Of a DNA stretch of 64,000 nt, positions 60,060 through 64,000 are shown piece by piece. How positions within the stretch are numbered: position 1 is the first letter of the stretch; each line of letters starts with the position of its first letter. A program made the translations under genes and the position numbers. The notes under the pieces are model-generated. The model was not told where the DNA came from, did no database searches, and saw only the letters and a list, made by a program, of their open reading frames with translations. The stretch comes from Chrysomallon squamiferum (Eukaryota > Animalia > Mollusca), in NCBI GenBank assembly GCA_012295275.1, contig CM022669.1, positions 6,386,001 through 6,450,000 of the forward strand, read 5' to 3'.

Positions 60060-60135
60060 GTTATGGACCCTTTGGTTGCAGGATCCATACTTCATGGGTG
60101 CGATGAACAGATGATGCTATTTTCGTTCCAAAAAC
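60060..60135 (+). mobile_element. Possible highly decayed SINE fragment
   Basis: B-box-like ggttgcaggatccatac followed by gctattttcgttcca, reminiscent of tRNA-SINE bodies. Weak. Confidence 0.25.
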
Positions 60136-60351
60136 CCCCTGAGAGACGTGAAGAAGTGAACAAACACATAATGTTAACAAAAACTGACAAACAGACGGAC
60201 GGAAGACTCACGAATGAACGGACGAAAAGACAGACCAATCGATCGATATGCTGATAGATAGAGAGATAGAGAAATAGAGACAGACAGATAAATAGACAGA
60301 CAGGCATAGAGAAAGAGATATAGAGCTAGACAGACAGAAAGACAGACAGAC

Positions 60352-60444
<93 letters not shown>
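60352..60444 (+). repeat. (GATA)n microsatellite
   Basis: Direct reading. Confidence 0.95.
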
Positions 60445-60445
<1 letters not shown>

Positions 60446-60484
60446 AACAAAAGATAAGATAAGATAATATATATAGTTATATAG

Positions 60485-60522
<38 letters not shown>

Positions 60523-60786
60523 TAGATGGATAGATAGATAGAAGATAGATTTAAGATAGATAGATAGATAGATAGATAGATAAGATAGATAAGATAGTTA
60601 AGACAGATAGATGTGATAGATAGACAGATAAACAGATAAACAGATGGACACATGGACATGTATTCGAAGTATGCTCCAAGCTTTGAGAACACACATTAAT
60701 ATAGCAAGTTAGGCAAACAATATGCATAAAGCACACACAGAGAAACGCAAACGTGTAGATAAAAAAATATATAACATCAGTAAACT

Positions 60787-60910
60787 TCCTTTGTACATAG
60801 CTGAGTAGTTATTTGCAGTAAATTGTTTCTGACACGTACAAACGTTTCTTTTCAACAACGTGTTACCTCAGATAAAAACCATCGTGTTTCAAATTCCATC
60901 TGAACAATGA
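60787..60910 (-). repeat. Inverted duplication B, right arm
   Basis: Reverse complement of 32235-32358. Confidence 0.95.
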
Positions 60911-61105
60911 TACTTTGTACGTCGAAAAAGATCAACTGTCATACATGTATATTAATTAAATAAAACTCTCTCATTTATTTACTCTCTCTCTCTCTCTTTA
61001 TCTCTTCATCTTTCTTTCTCTTTTTCTTTCTTGCTCTGTATTCACCTACCTCGTTATATCTCTTCTTCTGTCTCTTTGTATATCTATCTGTCTTTCTATC
61101 TATTT

Positions 61106-61139
<34 letters not shown>

Positions 61140-61789
61140 TTGCTTGCTTCTCTCTAGTGTATTTATAATATATTTTTATTTATATGTAAACTGTAGGAAA
61201 ATTAAAATTAAATAACATAATACAGAAGAACAACAAAAAAAAATGTGTAAGTCTTTACAGTAAATTTATTATAAACTAAATACAGTATATCATATGAAAT
61301 TAATATTTAAGAAAACTGACTTTGTTACATCACAAATAATCTTTAAAAGAAATAGCAACAAATAAAAAAATAATAATAATTTTTAAAAAGAAAAAAAAAA
61401 AAAAAAAAAAAAAAAGGCAATTGAATTTAAAACATTACAAACAATTTAATACAACCCGTTTACAAATTCCTCTGCGAATATTCAAATAACAGCGTTATCC
61501 TCAAAAGGGCCTCGGTAACTTTCAGCTACAAAGTAATTGAAGTTTGAATGAAAGACTTCTACTGAATACGTCCTGGCGCTGCAGGTGCGAATTTCGGCAA
61601 CATTTGTTTACCTATCTTGGCCGCACTTGTTTATCTTTCTGTACTAGACACAGTCGAGGGTCTGGTCTCCAAGACAACGTAACCTTTGTAACATAACGCG
61701 GGTCAAATCCACCCGACGGACACGTAGATAGTTATAAATGTATATATCACAGAGATAGGATAAGCTGAAGTTATTTTATTCAAATAATT

Positions 61790-62040
61790 TATACAACAGG
61801 ATGAAATTATATTAATATACTCTAATACGAAAGGATGAGACAATTTTTATATAATGTGATACGAAAGGACGAGGTTATTTTTATATACTGCGATACGATA
61901 GGATGGATGAAATTATCTGTAATACGATAGGCCGAAATTATTTTTTATATACGATTGGCATACGATAGTATGAAATAATTTTATACAGAACTGGAATACG
62001 ATAGGCTCAAACTATATTTTTATACACACTGATACGATAA
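61790..62040 (+). repeat. Degenerate ~34-bp minisatellite with ATACGA(A/T)AGG core, ~8 copies
   Basis: atacgataggatgaaattatttttatatac-like units recur. Confidence 0.8.
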
Positions 62041-62142
62041 TTTAAATTTATTTTAATACTCAGTGATTAAATAAGCTGATATTATTTTAAAACGATAGCC
62101 TGATACATATTTTGATACGACAGGCTGAAATTCACTCTCTCT

Positions 62143-62222
<80 letters not shown>

Positions 62223-63329
62223 CTGTCTGTGTCTGGGTGGGTGGGTGGGTGGGTGTGTGGGTGGGTGGGTAGCTAGGTGGGTGGGTCTCCGCACTAAATA
62301 AAAGGGAAGGGTCGCTCTCTATCAAGAGGTGACCAGATACGACCGCGGGGGGTAGCTGGAAGGCGATAAAGTGAAAATACCGATATTCCTTGGCATATTA
62401 ATAACTGTGGGTCTCGATACTTGCCATATCGGGTGGCAGCAGAAATATCTCAACTGCTTAGAAATGACAATTTGTGGTATTTCATTACCGCACTTAATAT
62501 AATAAACGCCGATTTATAAGTATTATTTTTCAAATGACTTTGGTTTCTTTGGTTTTGTTTCTCTGTTATTTTTTTTTTTTTTTATTTTTTTTCCCCAGGT
62601 GACATGTTTATGTGTAATATTAATTTTTCTGCATTGTTTTCTTTATTTCTTTATTTTACATTCATTCATTCATTCATGATGATGATGATGATGATTATTA
62701 TTATTATTATTATTATATTGTTGTTGTTGTTGTTTGTTTGTTTGTTTTTTGTTATGATTCCTACTACTACCACCACCACCACTACTACTACTACTACTAT
62801 TATGATGATGATAAAGATAACGATGATGATGCTGATGATGATCCCGATGATGATGATTATTATTGTTGATGTTGTTGTTTGTTTGTTCGTTTGTTATCAT
62901 TCCTACTACTAGCAACACCACCAATACTGCTCTGTTACATCATTATCATTATTACCATATCATCATCACAATTTTCACCATCATCATTAACATCAATAAT
63001 CATCATCATCATCATCATCACCATCACCATCACTATTTACATTCAGTTCGTGTGCTTACTGCTAATTACCTCATCAGTAACGTTAGATCAAGTTTTTTTC
63101 TCTCTCTCGTGCCTGAAAAAAGACTTTGGCTGTAATTCGTCTGTTGTTTTTCACACTTTGGAAAACCAATACACATCTCATCTCCACCTCTCACTCGCCC
63201 CAACAGCTTCTCGCTGTTACAGGCAATACCTTGCATAGCGTAATCGTTATCAAATCCGATTATCGAAACCCGGTAAACATCATCGAAGATCCGATTCTTC
63301 GTTTTATTTCGGGAGTTTCCGTAATGACT

Positions 63330-63665
63330 GTTAGTAGTAGTAGTGTTAACAGAAATAGCAGTAGTAGCAGTAGTAATGGTAGTAGTAGTAGTAGTAGTGA
63401 TAGTAGTAGTAGTAGTACTAGTGATAGTAGTAGCAGTAGTAGTAGTGGCAGTAGTAGTAGTGATAGTAGTAGTAACAGTAGTAGTATCACTAGTATTAAT
63501 AACAGGAGTAGTAGTAGTAGTAGTAGTAGTAAAAGCAGCAACAGTAGTAGCAGTAGCAGCAGCTGTACCAATGCTACTAGTAGTGTAAATGATGCTAACA
63601 GCAGTAGCAGCAGTATAATAGTAGTAGTAGTAATAGTAGTAGTAGTAATAGTAGCAGTAATAGCA
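63330..63665 (+). repeat. Degenerate (AGT/AGC)n trinucleotide tract
   Basis: Direct reading. It explains the Ser-, Val- and Leu-rich ORFs here. Confidence 0.9.
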
Positions 63666-64000
63666 GTAAGATTAGAACTAGCATTGTCTAAGTGAAACAG
63701 TGGTATTACTGTTGACTGTGGTAGTAAATAATATCGACTCAGTGAATCGTCAGTAGAACGTGAAATAACAAAACCCGAGTTGCTGTTCGCTGTTCCCTTT
63801 ATGGAATGTTATTTTCCGACCCACTTACGCTTCAAATTGTGGATAAAATGAAAGTGTTCCCACGTGAGAAACAATAGAGTTTATGACGTCAATTAGTATC
63901 GATGTTCTTTTTCTTATTACTTTCATCAGACGAGTTGATAGACTTCGTTCTACGTCTAAGTACGTTAGTACTTTAGATTTCTAAATGGAAATAACGTGTG

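Noticed and set aside
61790-62040. CRISPR-like repeat/spacer appearance
   Set aside because: Eukaryotic context, a core of only ~10 bp, linkers similar to each other, and no cas genes.
63126-63695. 189-aa Ser-rich ORF with a hydrophobic end, resembling a mucin-like membrane protein
   Set aside because: It arises from an (AGT)n tract, has a non-ATG start, and overlapping frames are also open.

Overview
Eukaryotic (animal) genomic DNA. It is AT-rich and crowded with microsatellites; the repeat style and gene family suggest an invertebrate, possibly a mollusc (inference only). Only one protein-coding gene is supportable: a + strand RGM-family gene (repulsive guidance molecule / hemojuvelin / DRAG-1 family). 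Its well-supported exons are 36388-36557, 36923-37443 and 41379-42092, and there is a probable 26-nt first coding piece at 24259-24284. All splice phases join, giving 476 aa (441 aa from the internal Met at 36467). The rest is non-coding: CpG-rich unique islands between simple repeats, degenerate tRNA-derived SINE-like and MITE-like relics, and minisatellites. The most notable unexplained structure is two interleaved long-range inverted duplications, one bracketing the putative promoter/exon 1 and one bracketing exons 2-4. Also notable are a uORF cluster at the putative start, a repeated TGTCGTCTGCTAG motif array, an atypical C-terminal anchor and a fold-back just 3' of the stop. Nearly all other ORFs in the track are microsatellite artefacts.
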